Virus record (IMG/VR): IMGVR_UViG_3300033463_000076
Span: 1-64,000 of that record
DNA length: 64,000 bases
Source of the DNA: a virus
Lineage: Duplodnaviria; Caudoviricetes
Reading direction: 5' to 3' (one strand)
Part shown: piece after piece, positions 9,086 to 18,880 of the stretch
Layout: each line of letters opens with the position of its first letter
How positions within the stretch are numbered: position 1 is the first letter of the stretch
Made by a program: the position numbers and the translations under genes
The notes under the pieces: model-generated
What the model was told of the DNA's origin: nothing
Seen by the model: the letters and a program-made list of their open reading frames with translations, nothing else
Databases searched by the model: none

Positions 9086-9198
9086 AAGTTAGGCGGGAGC
9101 CGTAGTTCGCATTCGTATTCGACCAAGCGTTATTCGAGTTGACGTACCCGAGACCCGCATTCGTGCCGTTATTCGCATTCGCGCCCACGAGACCCAAC
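9086..9198 (-). repeat. DGR template repeat (TR), 113 nt
   Basis: Matches 9374-9486 and 62008-62120, differing only at TR adenines; 10 AAY codons; reads LGLVGANANNGTNAGLGYVNSNNAWSNTNANYGSRLT. Confidence 0.95.
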
Positions 9199-9298
9199 GT
9201 GTCCCCATCCACCTGACACAATCAAGGTGAAGCCCTTGACCTTATTTCTCCTGTTGTATTCATCTTCTCAATCATTTTTCGTTACACGTTTTACGGGT

Positions 9299-9320
9299 GT
9301 GGCAGGCTTTCGCCCGCCAC
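9299..9320 (-). other. GC-rich hairpin with GAAA tetraloop 3' of DGR target 1
   Basis: Sense GTGGCGGGC-GAAA-GCCTGCCAC, 9-bp stem with one G-T pair. Confidence 0.55.
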
Positions 9321-9329
9321 CGCTACCCT

Positions 9330-10646
9330 TTATGCGATTTCACGTCCATCGACAAACGTCAACGGGCCATAATAAGCAAGGCGGGAGCCGGAGGCCGCAT
9401 CCGCAACCGACCAAGCGCGATTCGAGCGGACGTACCCGAGACCCGCATACGTGCCGTCATACGCAGCCGCGCCCACGAGACCCAACTGGCCAGTATCGTT
9501 GTTGTACGAGTAATCGCACCAACGAGAGTTAGAGCCACCAGCAGATGACACGGTCTTAGCGATAAAGTCGAAGTACTCGCCAAGTACGACCTCAGCAAGC
9601 CAGTTGGACGATGTCGGACGTGTCAGCTGACGGAAGTCACCGTTAGGCACTGATGACAGCTCAGCAGCAGAAGGCAGGTGGTTTCCTTTGTACAGGAAAA
9701 CCTCAGTACCATTCTGTCCGGCGTTGCCTGAGTTGCCGAAGTAGATACCCTGCATCATTTCCCAGTACCAACCGTAGGGGTTCTCGATACCGAAGAACGA
9801 AACGTGACAGGCCTTGTTGTTACCTGCAGCACTCGAGATATCCACTACACCGCACTCGTCACCGAGTCCCTTCGTGGCACCTGTCAGCATATTCTTCACG
9901 TTATCCCACGTGTTACCGTCGCCAGTAGGACCGTAGCCGATGTTCTCCTGAACGTTCGGATTGCCGTACTCTGCGAGGTTCATCATAATCATCAGCTTGC
10001 GGAGGTCATAGTCCACAAGACCGAAGTCCTGGCCGTTCAGCTGTGCTGCAGCCCAGAACGCGCTGATAGTGATAGAGGCCTTAACAGTCGCACCCGATAC
10101 AGAACGGAGCTTGTTGTTGGCGTCGAAACTGCCCATATAGCAGCCGATAACGTTGTAGTTGCCATGGTCTGCGCCTCCGATGTAGTGATTCGATATAGGC
10201 ATTTCCGACATCCACAGGTACGGGATGTTCGTCACTGCGTCCACCTCCACACGGTAGTACAGGCGAGGACCGATCCACACGATGTTACCCTTCGACTCGT
10301 CGAGGGTGGTACCGTCTGCATAGACACCACGGTTTGTCACTGACAGCTTCGCAGCCTTACCGTCGTTGGTCAGCAGGTAACAGCCGCACTGCGACTTGTA
10401 AGCCTCCCACAGATCGGTATTGCCGACACGTCCCCAGTCAGGGCTTGACTGCGTCTGCTTGATGGGCACACCCCAAGCCACGGAACGGAGCATCTGAGTG
10501 TCACCGTCGTTAATACTCGTAATCAGGTTGTCGAGAGTGATACGCTTGATTGCGCCGTTAATCTCAACAAGCACACACTGGCTTTTCATCATCGAAGAGA
10601 CGGTGCTAACCGTAGCCAGACCCTTCTTTTTTACATCATTAGACAT
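9330..10646 (-). CDS. DGR target 1; putative C-type-lectin-fold tail adhesin
   Basis: 438 aa within the tail module; FFGIENPYGWYWE motif; C-terminal variable repeat. Confidence 0.85.
   Translation of the reverse strand: MSNDVKKKGLATVSTVSSMMKSQCVLVEINGAIKRITLDNLITSINDGDTQMLRSVAWGVPIKQTQSSPDWGRVGNTDLWEAYKSQCGCYLLTNDGKAAKLSVTNRGVYADGTTLDESKGNIVWIGPRLYYRVEVDAVTNIPYLWMSEMPISNHYIGGADHGNYNVIGCYMGSFDANNKLRSVSGATVKASITISAFWAAAQLNGQDFGLVDYDLRKLMIMMNLAEYGNPNVQENIGYGPTGDGNTWDNVKNMLTGATKGLGDECGVVDISSAAGNNKACHVSFFGIENPYGWYWEMMQGIYFGNSGNAGQNGTEVFLYKGNHLPSAAELSSVPNGDFRQLTRPTSSNWLAEVVLGEYFDFIAKTVSSAGGSNSRWCDYSYNNDTGQLGLVGAAAYDGTYAGLGYVRSNRAWSVADAASGSRLAYYGPLTFVDGREIA
9374..9486 (-). repeat. DGR variable repeat VR1
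   Basis: Hand alignment: 18 mismatches to TR over 113 nt, all at TR adenines. Confidence 0.95.
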
Positions 10647-10662
10647 AACTCAATATTTTACA

Positions 10663-11745
10663 TTAATAAGTGAACTCCACGCCACCCGTCACGGTCACAT
10701 CATGCAGGCCTCCACCGGCCGTACTGTCTGCGTTCGTGATGGTTGTCGTTTTACCAGTGATATGTCGGATAGTGGACTTCGTCTCATAGTCGACTACATC
10801 CAGGTCCCACGTGATGTTAGAACACTGGCTTGTGATGTCGACGTCACCGTCTATCTTACTGATGTAAGCCTCGACGGCCACGGAATGCGACTCATCCACT
10901 CCCTCGCCTGTTGTCTTGAACCTGATGACGAACTCGTCGGCGACATCCTTGATAGTGATGCCACCCACTGCCTTCGTCTCTCCGTCGATGATGAACGCTG
11001 CCACAAGCTCCAGCACTGCATCCACGCCGTCACGCTGCACGGTAATCTGCTTCGTGTTGGCCGAAATGGTGTACTTTCCGCTGGTGGTAGACAGCTCATT
11101 GGCTGCAGCAATGCTTCCACGATACCACTTGACCGTGTACGCCTTGTCCGTGTAGTTCACGCCGCCCAGATAGAGCGCAGTCTTCACGACCGTCGACGTC
11201 GTTTCCTTATCGAGCGTGGCCTGCTGCGTGTAGACGGTACAGGTGAACGAGTTACTTGCGATATGCTGGATATCGATCGTCGTCGAGTTGGTAACGTGGA
11301 TATTGTTCACACCGTTATGCGAGGCGATGGCCTCATAGGTGAGTCCGTCATCCGCGTCGTTCTCCTTCGAAGCGAGGTTCTTGACGATCTTCAGCGTGCC
11401 GTCCGACTTCATGGCGAAATAGCCCTTGTAGTAGTTGGCGTTGCTGTTCAGCACGTAACCGTCGGAGTCAGCGTTTCCGTTGAACTCCAGGTACACGTCG
11501 TTATACAGCCACCTGTGGTTCATCAGCGTAACGGGCAGGCCGTCGGAAGCACGGCAGACAGGCTGTATAATCGGGCGCGACTCGGTATCTGTTTCCCAGT
11601 CAGGAACGACGAGTGCGGGCGTCTTGTCAGGGTCTACGCCCTGATAGAGCGGACCGCCGAGGTTCCTGAACGACGTGAACAGCGTACCGCCCGTGCGCAG
11701 TCTCTTGATGGTTATAGAACCTTGTGTAGAATAACTCTTGCTCAT
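10663..11745 (-). CDS. putative tail/structural protein (beta-rich)
   Basis: 360 aa; N-terminus SKSYSTQGSITIKRLR resembles the tail fibre N-terminus AKHSTQGSVVIHRIR. Confidence 0.55.
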   Translation of the reverse strand: MSKSYSTQGSITIKRLRTGGTLFTSFRNLGGPLYQGVDPDKTPALVVPDWETDTESRPIIQPVCRASDGLPVTLMNHRWLYNDVYLEFNGNADSDGYVLNSNANYYKGYFAMKSDGTLKIVKNLASKENDADDGLTYEAIASHNGVNNIHVTNSTTIDIQHIASNSFTCTVYTQQATLDKETTSTVVKTALYLGGVNYTDKAYTVKWYRGSIAAANELSTTSGKYTISANTKQITVQRDGVDAVLELVAAFIIDGETKAVGGITIKDVADEFVIRFKTTGEGVDESHSVAVEAYISKIDGDVDITSQCSNITWDLDVVDYETKSTIRHITGKTTTITNADSTAGGGLHDVTVTGGVEFTY

Positions 11746-11960
11746 TTCCTAAGCCATTCGTTAAGTTGGTGTAAGATGTCCTTCTCACTGAATACCTCGC
11801 CGCCTATCTGCTCGACGCGCTCCTCGAAGGTGCCCGTCAGCTTCTGGTTGACGACTATCTCCTTGCTGTTAAGCAATACCTGTGACGAGTTCGTGCGGTG
11901 GTACTTCAGGATAAACCCGTACTTCGCCGCCGTCTCTTTCTTTGCTACGATATATACCAT
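11742..11960 (-). CDS. hypothetical protein
   Basis: 72-aa ORF tightly coupled in the operon. Confidence 0.5.
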   Translation of the reverse strand: MVYIVAKKETAAKYGFILKYHRTNSSQVLLNSKEIVVNQKLTGTFEERVEQIGGEVFSEKDILHQLNEWLRK

Positions 11961-11962
11961 AA

Positions 11963-13177
11963 TCAGTTAAAGATAAAGGGTTTGCCAGTCTCGTCGGTCA
12001 GGATGTACTCGCCATCCGTTGCCACCGAGTAGGCAGGTTTGTATTCAATGTTCGTGTAGATTTCAAGCCAGTCATCGTCGTAGTTCGCTCCGATTCCCGT
12101 CTTGCTGAGAGAGAAAAGGGTGTCCTCACCCTCATTGTGCATCACCCCCTTCTTGTACTCTGTGTCTGTGTACCATACAATCTGAAGGCTCAGACCAGGA
12201 CAGTCGAGGATTTTCCCGTTATGCTCCATCGTCAGGTAGTCGTACCGTGCTTTCGCCGTCGGCACTATTCCCGTCTGATTGGCGTGCGTGATCTGCGTGT
12301 ACTTCGGCTTCAGCCTCTTCAACCCGAACTGCGTCCTGTCCTTCTCCTCGCCACGCACATACACTATGACGGCGTAGTTGTCGTCGTCAATGAGGCGCAG
12401 GTCAATCAGGATGTGGTTCCTGTCGAGTTCCTGCACCTCATGTTCCGGCGATGCGTCAATCTCCGTCAGGGCGTTGTTCGCGCCGATGCGGAACAGCTTG
12501 ACCGTATAGTCGTCCTCGGCGGTTGCCTGGGCGTCGCCCTTGAACACCATGATAGGGATGTTACAAAGGTACGACAGCTTGCTGGCAGCTGCCTGTTGCT
12601 CCGTTACGTTCTGTGCTATCCCGTGGGACTGCTTGTGTTCGTAAATCAGCAGCGGGTCTGTGAAGGGGTTGTAGTGGACCACTGGGTCGCAACCGACACT
12701 AATCTTGTACTGGAACTCGGCAAGGTCAATCGTACGAAGTATCACGTCGTTCGTCTTGACCTCGATGTTCTGTCCCAGGCGGCTGTCGGCCAGCACAGCC
12801 TCGAAGTGCAGCCTGTGCTGTTCCGTGGTCGGTATATTGCGGTAGACGACGAGACCGCCCCTGTCTGAGCCGACGGTAAGTATCTCGTAGTCAGTGCCCT
12901 CAGTCCACACCTCGGAAATCTCCGTTCCGTCCACGTACCACGTCAGGTCAGCGAGCATAGAGTTGGCGTAGGGGGTCTTCAGCGAGCCGTCAGGGGCATA
13001 GGCCAGCACCTTCGGCATAATCGTCGTAGGCGTAAGCTGTCGGTTCGGGATGTACTCCTGATCCTTGGCCTTGTACGTCTGCAGCAGCGTGCTGAAGCCG
13101 TTGGTAGGCACCACGAGCGACGTATAGACGGTCAGCGGTGCGTACTCCTTCTTGATTCTTAGTCTCGTTGTCTCCAT
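11963..13177 (-). CDS. putative tail/structural protein
   Basis: 404 aa beta-rich ORF in the tail module. Confidence 0.55.
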   Translation of the reverse strand: METTRLRIKKEYAPLTVYTSLVVPTNGFSTLLQTYKAKDQEYIPNRQLTPTTIMPKVLAYAPDGSLKTPYANSMLADLTWYVDGTEISEVWTEGTDYEILTVGSDRGGLVVYRNIPTTEQHRLHFEAVLADSRLGQNIEVKTNDVILRTIDLAEFQYKISVGCDPVVHYNPFTDPLLIYEHKQSHGIAQNVTEQQAAASKLSYLCNIPIMVFKGDAQATAEDDYTVKLFRIGANNALTEIDASPEHEVQELDRNHILIDLRLIDDDNYAVIVYVRGEEKDRTQFGLKRLKPKYTQITHANQTGIVPTAKARYDYLTMEHNGKILDCPGLSLQIVWYTDTEYKKGVMHNEGEDTLFSLSKTGIGANYDDDWLEIYTNIEYKPAYSVATDGEYILTDETGKPFIFN

Positions 13178-13197
13178 TTCTCGCTATCTTTAGAGGG

Positions 13198-13401
13198 TCA
13201 TTCGGTATATACCACAGCGCCGTAAATCTGAGCCACGTAGATCAGCAGGTCGCTTGTCTGGTATGTCGTACCGTTAACCGTTACTGTCTGCATCCCGTCG
13301 ACCGTAGTCTGCAGGGTTGCGAGTTGCTGGCGTGCTCCGGCGTCCTTCAACTGCCGTACCTCACCAGTCTTCTTCAATTTTATCTTTGATAAGAATGCCA
13401 T
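13198..13401 (-). CDS. hypothetical protein
   Basis: 67 aa; LKDAGARQQL motif seen in phage tail/fibre linker proteins. Confidence 0.45.
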   Translation of the reverse strand: MAFLSKIKLKKTGEVRQLKDAGARQQLATLQTTVDGMQTVTVNGTTYQTSDLLIYVAQIYGAVVYTE

Positions 13402-13412
13402 AATACTTTCAT

Positions 13413-13661
13413 TTAGGTGGTTTCTTCGTCTTCTTCACCAAAGACAAGTATCTCGTCGTCGATGTAAGCCTCCGCCGTAGCGTCTATGACAAGCATTTCA
13501 TCGTCTGTCTCGTCAATCTCGATAGGCACGTCAACGATGACGCTGTTACCCAGAGAGTCCTCGAGTGCCGACAGCTCGCCCTTGGTGGCGAACTTGTGGT
13601 TGATGACTGCCGCGAACTTCTTCAGTATCAGCGACAGCTTCTTGAGTTTTATCTTAGCCAT
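13413..13661 (-). CDS. hypothetical protein, N-terminally paralogous to 13730-14596
   Basis: MAKIKLKKLSLILKKFA versus MAKLSLKALGIILKKIA. Confidence 0.5.
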   Translation of the reverse strand: MAKIKLKKLSLILKKFAAVINHKFATKGELSALEDSLGNSVIVDVPIEIDETDDEMLVIDATAEAYIDDEILVFGEEDEETT

Positions 13662-13682
13662 AACTTTCTCTTTAGAGGTTTG

Positions 13683-13717
13683 AAAAAAGCGAGGACGGGC
13701 GCTTCCTCCCGCCCTCG
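13683..13717 (-). terminator. rho-independent terminator
   Basis: Sense CGAGGGCGGG-N8-CCCGTCCTCG followed by CTTTTTT. Confidence 0.75.
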
Positions 13718-13729
13718 GAAATCAGAGGT

Positions 13730-14596
13730 TTAGACCTCGTCAGTGATAGAGTCGCTGCTGACAGCCTCGATGGCAGTCTTGACGGTAGCGGCGTCACCAG
13801 TAGGTGTACCAGTGATGTCATAGCCGAACCAAGAAGCGATCTCGGCGTTGCTGAGCAGGTCAAGGTCACAGTCCTCGAGGTTCTCGTCCAGCTGGCCCTT
13901 GAAGGCTGCGCTGATGGCACCGTCGTTACCTGCAATCTCGTTGGCCACGTCAGGAGCGGTTGCAAGAGCCATCTCGAGACCGTTGGCGGTGATTGACAGA
14001 CCGTGGGCGTTGCTGCTGTTGATGTTGATAGCAAGGCCGTTGGCGTCAACCACGAGACCGCTGGCAGTGGCGTTGAGCTTGATGCTGAACGCACCGTTAG
14101 ACAGGTTCAGGCCGTTGCCGTTGGTGTAGACATCAACCAGCTTGGTCACGTCGAAGCTGATGTGGCTGTCAGTACCTGAGCCGTTCTCAGTGTCCTTCGT
14201 GTTGATAATCAGGTCGATCCAGGTACCAGCGGCAGTGATGGTGCTGGGAGCCTCATACTGGTCCTGAGAAGCAAGTTCCACACCGTCCTTGGCCACAACG
14301 ACCAGCTTGTTCTCGAAAGCACCGCCGGCCTCACCCTCGACAACGACCACCAGAGCGGCCTTCTTCACGAGGTAGTCCTTCGGGATGTCGATCTCACCGA
14401 TGGTGTTACCGGCAGCTACGGAAGCGAGAGTAGCTGCAGTAGACAGGATGTAGGTCTTCAGGTAACCAGTGTTAGCGGTTGCCTTCTCAAACAGATGAAC
14501 ACTGTTCTCACTGATCTTGATGTCAGTGTAAGTTTTTGCGACGTTCGCAATCTTCTTCAGGATGATACCCAAAGCTTTCAGACTTAATTTAGCCAT
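13730..14596 (-). CDS. fibre-like structural protein with short beta-repeats
   Basis: NGLNLSNGAFSIKL / SGLVVDANGLAINI / HGLSITANGLEMAL repeats; has its own terminator. Confidence 0.55.
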   Translation of the reverse strand: MAKLSLKALGIILKKIANVAKTYTDIKISENSVHLFEKATANTGYLKTYILSTAATLASVAAGNTIGEIDIPKDYLVKKAALVVVVEGEAGGAFENKLVVVAKDGVELASQDQYEAPSTITAAGTWIDLIINTKDTENGSGTDSHISFDVTKLVDVYTNGNGLNLSNGAFSIKLNATASGLVVDANGLAININSSNAHGLSITANGLEMALATAPDVANEIAGNDGAISAAFKGQLDENLEDCDLDLLSNAEIASWFGYDITGTPTGDAATVKTAIEAVSSDSITDEV

Positions 14597-14667
14597 AAAA
14601 TTAAAATGTTAAATTGTTAATAAATAAAGTGAATTATACTGGCTGCATTTCTGCAGATTCAGTCTTT

Positions 14668-15333
14668 TCAAGGCCACTCACCGAGCGGGCCGTTAACATT
14701 GGGGATAGGGAACGCAGGGCACCATTCCGTGATATCGCCTGTCACCGCATCGATGAACACTGGGTCGCCGATTCCTCCGATTACCCACTGGGCGTTGCAG
14801 TTCCTGGGACCGACAGGCATTCTCAGAACCATTCCCGTAGACTTGGGTATCACGCCGTTCCACTCCTTCAAACGTTTCAGCACGTCCATAGGCCACAGCT
14901 TGATTTCGCAGTTATCCAGTTCGTCATCCTCAATCCACACGTCAATGATAGGATGCGGAATAATAGTACCTTTCGCCACGTTGGAACTGATATACTGGAC
15001 GTGAGGACCCTCGTCGTTCCAGTAGAAGAACACATCGGTAATGTCAGTGATGTGCAGGTCGTCGATCGTCTCTGCCGTGATGGTGTCGTTGAACAACACC
15101 TGCAGGTTACGCCACTCATAGCTCTTACCGCCAATCAGGTTGAACATCGACTGGCGATGCAGTGCGACGATGTGGTCGACACCGTCGTTGAAGTCCATGG
15201 CCACGCCGTCATAGTCGGCCTGTACCAGCGCTTTCTCCGTGCCCTGCTTGCTGTTCTCGGACTGGCAGGAACTACAGCCCGTCGCCATCAGTCCGACAAC
15301 CGCCAGCATCAGGCAAAAAATCAATTTCTTCAT
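14668..15333 (-). CDS. lipoprotein
   Basis: Signal peptide II MKKLIFCLMLAVVGLMATG-C; C-terminal VFIDAVTGDI (PepSY-like). Confidence 0.7.
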   Translation of the reverse strand: MKKLIFCLMLAVVGLMATGCSSCQSENSKQGTEKALVQADYDGVAMDFNDGVDHIVALHRQSMFNLIGGKSYEWRNLQVLFNDTITAETIDDLHITDITDVFFYWNDEGPHVQYISSNVAKGTIIPHPIIDVWIEDDELDNCEIKLWPMDVLKRLKEWNGVIPKSTGMVLRMPVGPRNCNAQWVIGGIGDPVFIDAVTGDITEWCPAFPIPNVNGPLGEWP

Positions 15334-15375
15334 CTTTGTAAATTTTAGTTATTAAAACTGCGTCTTCCGACGTAT

Positions 15376-15978
15376 CTATTTCACGTTGATTGTCCCGCTG
15401 ACATACGAGCCGATGGATATCACCGCCGTCACGTGGCTGGCACCTACGTATCTGTCGTTATCCTCTCCTGCGAGGATGACGGACGGGCCTACGCTTGACT
15501 TCTCGACCTTGTTGCCGCCGTCGAAGAGAATCTGCCAGTTCATGCGGTCATCCTGCTCGATGTTCTCACCGACTGCATTCAGGATGATGCCGTCCACGCT
15601 GAACGATGCAGCCACCGAATCGACTCTCTTCGGGAAGAAAATACCCTCGATATCCTCCTCGATCTCGTCCATCACCTCCTGACAGTAGTCGTCGATGATA
15701 TCAGGAACCTCCTCGTCGAGAATCTTCTTGACCTCCTCCTCGTCTACGGACGACTCAGAACCACTGCCGCCGCCACCGTTCTTATACTTCTCATACAACT
15801 GGAGGAACGTACTCTTTCCGTCTGCCTGGAACTGGACGTCGTACTCTCCGTCATTGTTCGTGGAAACGCAAATCACCGTTCCCATCTTCTCTACAGGATT
15901 CTTGCCGACCCAGCCTTTCAGCGAGTCGTACTTCCGCTTCAGGGAATCCATGTTGCCGTTCTTGTTGTTTGTACTCAT
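15376..15978 (-). CDS. hypothetical tail-region protein
   Basis: 200-aa ORF with a Gly-Ser linker. Confidence 0.5.
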   Translation of the reverse strand: MSTNNKNGNMDSLKRKYDSLKGWVGKNPVEKMGTVICVSTNNDGEYDVQFQADGKSTFLQLYEKYKNGGGGSGSESSVDEEEVKKILDEEVPDIIDDYCQEVMDEIEEDIEGIFFPKRVDSVAASFSVDGIILNAVGENIEQDDRMNWQILFDGGNKVEKSSVGPSVILAGEDNDRYVGASHVTAVISIGSYVSGTINVK

Positions 15979-15990
15979 AATCTTATCACT

Positions 15991-18828
15991 TTAAAATGAA
16001 ACTTCAGCTGCTGCTATGATGTCCGCGTCACCCTTCGCAAGAATCGTGAACGTGGTCGAAAGGCCGTCGCCCAAGTCATTCTCCTCCGAGTTGAACGATA
16101 TGATAATCTGTCCGTCGAAGTTCTTCGCCTTCGTCTTCAGCGCCCATGCCGCATCGTTGGCCGCGTCACCTGAGTCACGCCTTATCTCCCACGACGTCAC
16201 GGTGTTCGTGATATCCTCCATACCGCCCTTTATGACCTTACACGTCAGGACGGTGGACTCTCCCCACGCAATCACGAAGCCCATCGACGACTCTATCTCG
16301 AGCTTCGTCATCAGGCGTTCGAACACGTCGATGGTGCCGAATATGTAGGCATTTCCGAAAATCTGTCCCACGCCGTGGAACACCTTCGTATACTGGTTGC
16401 CGCTCTGGTCAATGGCAGGCAGGGCGAACCCCTCGAGGTTACCACGCACCTCTATGTAGTTGCTCGGCTGGAACTCCCACGTGTTGACGTCAGCAAGCCA
16501 TACGGTATAGTCGGTAGTCGAGTACTTGAAGGCCTGACGTGTGGCGTCGTTCGGGTTGCCTCGCTGTACGAAGTGCATCCCTGCAAACGGATGTATGCCG
16601 TTGCCACCCTCTTCGTCGGTCCTCAGCCTGTACGTGAATATCGAGTTATCGGCCTCAGTTACGTCGACGATCTGGAAATAGACGGTCTTGAATCCTGCGA
16701 ACGTGAACTTACCCTTTCGGTCATCCGTGTCCTCTTCGGAGTTACCGCCGTTATGGTCGTGCCATATACCCATGCAGAAATCAAATTCTGCAACGGCACC
16801 TATCTCGCCTTCCTCGAGCTTCAGTTTACACCAGCCCTCGGTCTCTGATGTCTGATGCACCTCCTCGATGATACCGCCACCCTTGGACTGCATCTTTACA
16901 CCCACCTCGACGTTTGCCCTGTTGAACCTCAGTTCAGGAACCTCGAGCCACGTCCTGAGAGACAGCGACTCCAGTTCCGCACGGCCCTGACCGTCGATGC
17001 TGCCGCCCTTTCCCACAAGACCAGGAACGAACGTATCACCGAACTGCGCTCCCTTCTCCTCGATGGACTTCTCCTTGAACGTTATCTGCTTCTCGGCTGT
17101 GTCGGCCTTGTTGCGTCTGAGGAAATCCTTATCAGTACGGGCTGCAGAATAGGCGTTGTAGTCACTCGACGGCGTGGTGTCCGTGGTCGTTATCAGGTAG
17201 ACGGTAGAACCGCCTCCACCCTGGCCACCTCCACCGCCTGAGCCACCGCCGCCATAGTACACGACGGAACCGGCATAGGCCACTCCGTTGACGGTTATCG
17301 ACTCCAGCTTCTGCTCCATGGCCTTCGTTCTGGAGTAGGCGAGGGCTTCACCGATGATGTACTGGGGGGAATCGTAGGGGATATCCAATTTCAGTTCATA
17401 GCCGATAACCCGTGAGCTACGACCCGTCAAAAAGTAGGCGATGTTATTCAGGAAGACAGGCTGACCCAATGAGAATACGACGCTGTTATTCGACTTCATC
17501 CAATCGTAGTACCAATCGGAATACATATCGCAGGTGTACGTGTTCGGATCAACCTTCATTTCCTCGAGCTTCGCCCTTGCGGCAATCTCCAGCTCTGCCT
17601 CCGCATCGTCGATAAGGCCAGTACCGCCTATCTTCGTGGAGTCCCAGCCGTAGAGTACGAACGAGTCGCCCACCGACGGATGCAGTGCCTCGTCCGGCAG
17701 TTCCCGTCCATAGTCCTCGTTCACCACCACCTCATAGTACTTCTCCGCATCATCGTAGTGACACTCGAAGTCCATGCCGTTCATCACTCCCGACTGGAAC
17801 AGGATGTGCAGCGTCTCACCTTCCAGTATGTAGTCGCTGGAGAAATTCAGACCCGACGAGTCCTTCAGGCGGTAGAACGTCTTCGTGGTGGTCGTACCGT
17901 CCTCATTCTCCACCGTTGCCTCATATTCAATCACCTCGGACACCACGCAGGCAGTCTTCGGGTATATCTGGTCATCGACATACACGCCCTCGATGGCCTC
18001 CGTCTCGTTCTGTACGTCGCTGTCCTGGATATATCCCAGCGGACAGGTCGTAACGGGCAGCATGAGCCTCTTCTGGACTATGCCGTCACGTGTGATATCC
18101 GCCGAGTCGTTCTTGCGGTAGTCCTTCGGCAAATTCCTCGTCGAGCCGAAAGCGATGATACGAGTGGCGTACTCATTACTTGACTCCGAGCTCTGCATCT
18201 TCTCGACGTTGATATCTATCGAGAACTGTACGTCCTGACCCGTCAGCAGACACTTGCCAAGGTATATCACGTTACCCTCTACCCACCACTCACACTCAAA
18301 AGCCGTAGCGATGGCGTTCAGGGCCGATATGATACCCATTTCGGAATACTGGACGTACTTGGCCACTCCGTCCTTCGACGTTGGGAAGTTCCTCAGCTCG
18401 AAGCGGAACTGCTGGCCGTTGTAGAGATACGAACGATCCTTCTCTCCCAGTGCGTTGACATTCCTTATGATAAGGCTCATGTGAACGTCGGCAGTCGCCG
18501 TCAGGTGGAAACTTACCTCGTTCGAAGTAGACTCAGGCAGGTACTTGCACTTCTTGTTCTCCCACTTCAGGTAGTAAGCCTCCAGCTCCAGCGTGTAGTC
18601 GAATCCGCTTGTCTCTGGGTTGTACTTCGGACGGTAGGGCTTCGTCAGCTCGAACCTTCCGAAATCGTTCTCGAGATAGTCGCCAACCCTGAAATAGACA
18701 GGGGCGACGAGAGTAAACGGAACCTTGACGAAGTGGTCGGCCATCAGCTCCCTGTGAACCAATGAACCCGTCGGCACCTCCTCAAAGGATATGACAGTCT
18801 CTCCGCTTATTCTCTTAATCTCTAACAT
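15991..18828 (-). CDS. tail tip/baseplate hub protein
   Basis: 945 aa two genes after the tape measure; YATRIIAFGSTRNLP motif; poly-Gly linker between domains. Confidence 0.7.
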   Translation of the reverse strand: MLEIKRISGETVISFEEVPTGSLVHRELMADHFVKVPFTLVAPVYFRVGDYLENDFGRFELTKPYRPKYNPETSGFDYTLELEAYYLKWENKKCKYLPESTSNEVSFHLTATADVHMSLIIRNVNALGEKDRSYLYNGQQFRFELRNFPTSKDGVAKYVQYSEMGIISALNAIATAFECEWWVEGNVIYLGKCLLTGQDVQFSIDINVEKMQSSESSNEYATRIIAFGSTRNLPKDYRKNDSADITRDGIVQKRLMLPVTTCPLGYIQDSDVQNETEAIEGVYVDDQIYPKTACVVSEVIEYEATVENEDGTTTTKTFYRLKDSSGLNFSSDYILEGETLHILFQSGVMNGMDFECHYDDAEKYYEVVVNEDYGRELPDEALHPSVGDSFVLYGWDSTKIGGTGLIDDAEAELEIAARAKLEEMKVDPNTYTCDMYSDWYYDWMKSNNSVVFSLGQPVFLNNIAYFLTGRSSRVIGYELKLDIPYDSPQYIIGEALAYSRTKAMEQKLESITVNGVAYAGSVVYYGGGGSGGGGGQGGGGSTVYLITTTDTTPSSDYNAYSAARTDKDFLRRNKADTAEKQITFKEKSIEEKGAQFGDTFVPGLVGKGGSIDGQGRAELESLSLRTWLEVPELRFNRANVEVGVKMQSKGGGIIEEVHQTSETEGWCKLKLEEGEIGAVAEFDFCMGIWHDHNGGNSEEDTDDRKGKFTFAGFKTVYFQIVDVTEADNSIFTYRLRTDEEGGNGIHPFAGMHFVQRGNPNDATRQAFKYSTTDYTVWLADVNTWEFQPSNYIEVRGNLEGFALPAIDQSGNQYTKVFHGVGQIFGNAYIFGTIDVFERLMTKLEIESSMGFVIAWGESTVLTCKVIKGGMEDITNTVTSWEIRRDSGDAANDAAWALKTKAKNFDGQIIISFNSEENDLGDGLSTTFTILAKGDADIIAAAEVSF

Positions 18829-18835
18829 AACGGCA

Positions 18836-18868
18836 CAAAAATAGTTAATTCTATTTGAAAAACAAATA
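18836..18868 (-). promoter_or_regulatory. Bacteroidetes-type promoter with palindromic -33 region
   Basis: Minus strand TTTG-N19-TATTTTTG; overlaps TATTTG-AAAAA-CAAATA (18852-18868). Confidence 0.7.
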
Positions 18869-18880
18869 AAAACGTCAAAT

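Noticed and set aside
8946-9221. 91-aa ORF spanning the TR
   Set aside because: It is the open frame of the template repeat plus spacer RNA, not an independent gene.
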